A DNA stretch of 64,000 nucleotides from Azolla caroliniana (Eukaryota > Plantae > Polypodiophyta): contig JBHGNT010000004.1 of assembly GCA_043228905.1 (NCBI GenBank), forward strand, positions 17,174,001 to 17,238,000. Reading direction: 5' to 3'. Both the position numbers and the translations under genes were made by a program. Positions 62,801 to 64,000 of this stretch are shown piece by piece. The first letter of the stretch is position 1; each line of letters starts with the position of its first letter. The notes under the pieces are model-generated. The model was not told the DNA's origin. It saw only the letters and a program-made list of their open reading frames with translations, and searched no databases.

Positions 62801-64000
62801 ACCGGCAAGAGGCCGGTTAGCACTCGAGGAACCAGCTGGTTACGATGAGGATACCAAAACGGCAGAAGAAGAAGTAGAGGAAGCTGAAACCGGAACCGGC
62901 CAAGACCCCGAATCGGATTCGGATGAAGAGCAAATGGAGGAGCCGGTTACCGAAGCCCAAAGACGGAGATATCCTCTCAGAGAGAGAAGGCCCCCCGGAG
63001 ATTTCCGGATGCAGAGCATGTGCTGCTGACCGATGAGGGGGAGCCAGAAAGCTTCGAAGAAGCGAAGGATGACACCCACAGCCGCAAATGGTTAAGTGCC
63101 ATGCAGGATGAGATGGATTCCCTACATGAGAACCATACGTATGAATTGGTGGAGTTGCCGAAAGGAAAGCAGGCACTTCGAAATAAGTGGGTGTACAAGT
63201 TGAAACCGGGAGATGCCGGCAACCCCTCGAGATACAAAGCCAGGATCGTGGTGAAGGGGTTCTAGCAGAAGAAGGGCGTGGACTTTGACAAGATATTTGC
63301 CCCAGTAGTAAAGATGACCTCCATCCGGACGGTGCTGAGTATAGAGGCAAGCATGGATCTCGAGGTAGAGCAGTTGGACGTGAAGACAGCATTCCTTCAC
63401 GGCAACCTCGAAGAGGAGATCTACATGCAGCAACCGGAAGGATTCGTAGAGAAAGGGAAGGAGCACCTGGTATGTCGGTTGAAGAAGAGCCTGTACGGAC
63501 TGAAGCAGGCATCCCGACAATGGTACCGAAAGTTCGACTCCTTCCTAACAGATCAAGGGTACCACAAGACGTAGGCCGATCACTGCGTGTTTGTGAAGAA
63601 GTTCGAAGGAGGCGACTTCCTGATACTCCTTCTGTACGTGGACGACATGTTGATCGTCGGATGGGACCAAGCCAAAATACGGATGTTGAAGAAGGCTATC
63701 AACCGGACCTTCTCAATGAAAGACTTGGGTCCGGCAAGATAGATGTTGGGGATGCATGTCATTCGGAACCGGCCAACGAAGCAACTGTGGCTGTCACAGG
63801 AGAAATACGTGACAAAGGTGCTTCAGCGGTTCAACATGTCAGATGCGAAACCGGTCGGATCGACACTTCCGGCAAACTGCAGGTTATCCGGTAAGCAAAG
63901 CCCGAAGACAAAAGCAGAGAAGGCTGATATGATGAAGGTTCCATATGCCTCTACCGTCAGGAGCTTGATGTACGCAATGGTGTGTACCCGACCGGATATA
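59869..64000 (+). mobile_element. Tork/Tnt1-like copia: 5' LTR 59869-60534, Met PBS 60538-60549, defective gag-pol from 60566, running off the window
   Basis: TGTTAGG..CCTGTCA then AAG TGGTATCAGAGC. CFYCGKPGHFQKNC, WVVDSGAS, LELVHTDVC, ELNGLAERMNRT, EQLDVKTAFLHG and LLYVDDML motifs, with several stops. Confidence 0.96.

Overview
Eukaryotic land-plant genomic DNA; the retroelement families suggest a non-seed plant such as a fern (inference). Three host genes are supported: a six-exon MYB-CC/PHR1-like transcription factor (12399-17072), an intronless uncharacterised membrane protein (18431-18985) and an ATL-type RING-H2 E3 ligase (51089-52306). Most of the remainder is transposon: nested LTR-retrotransposon clusters (1-10781, 21026-43810, 59869-end) and four LINE remnants. 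Many insertion boundaries were resolved by TG..CA ends, primer-binding sites (PBS), polypurine tracts (PPT) and target-site duplications (TSD). The main lead is that three dissimilar LTR types each carry an antisense tRNA-like RNA polymerase III cassette in U3, with A box and B box exactly 43 nt apart and a largely divergent spacer. In one LTR this cassette sits outside a perfect heat-shock element and the TATA box. Other leads: a very young Gag-only element with an unusual acidic/basic tail; a tRNA-Trp-primed gypsy lineage whose four observable target sites are all CpG-centred 4-mers; and copia elements with a duplicated PPT and a conserved Pol extension. All alignments were done by eye and no database searches were run.
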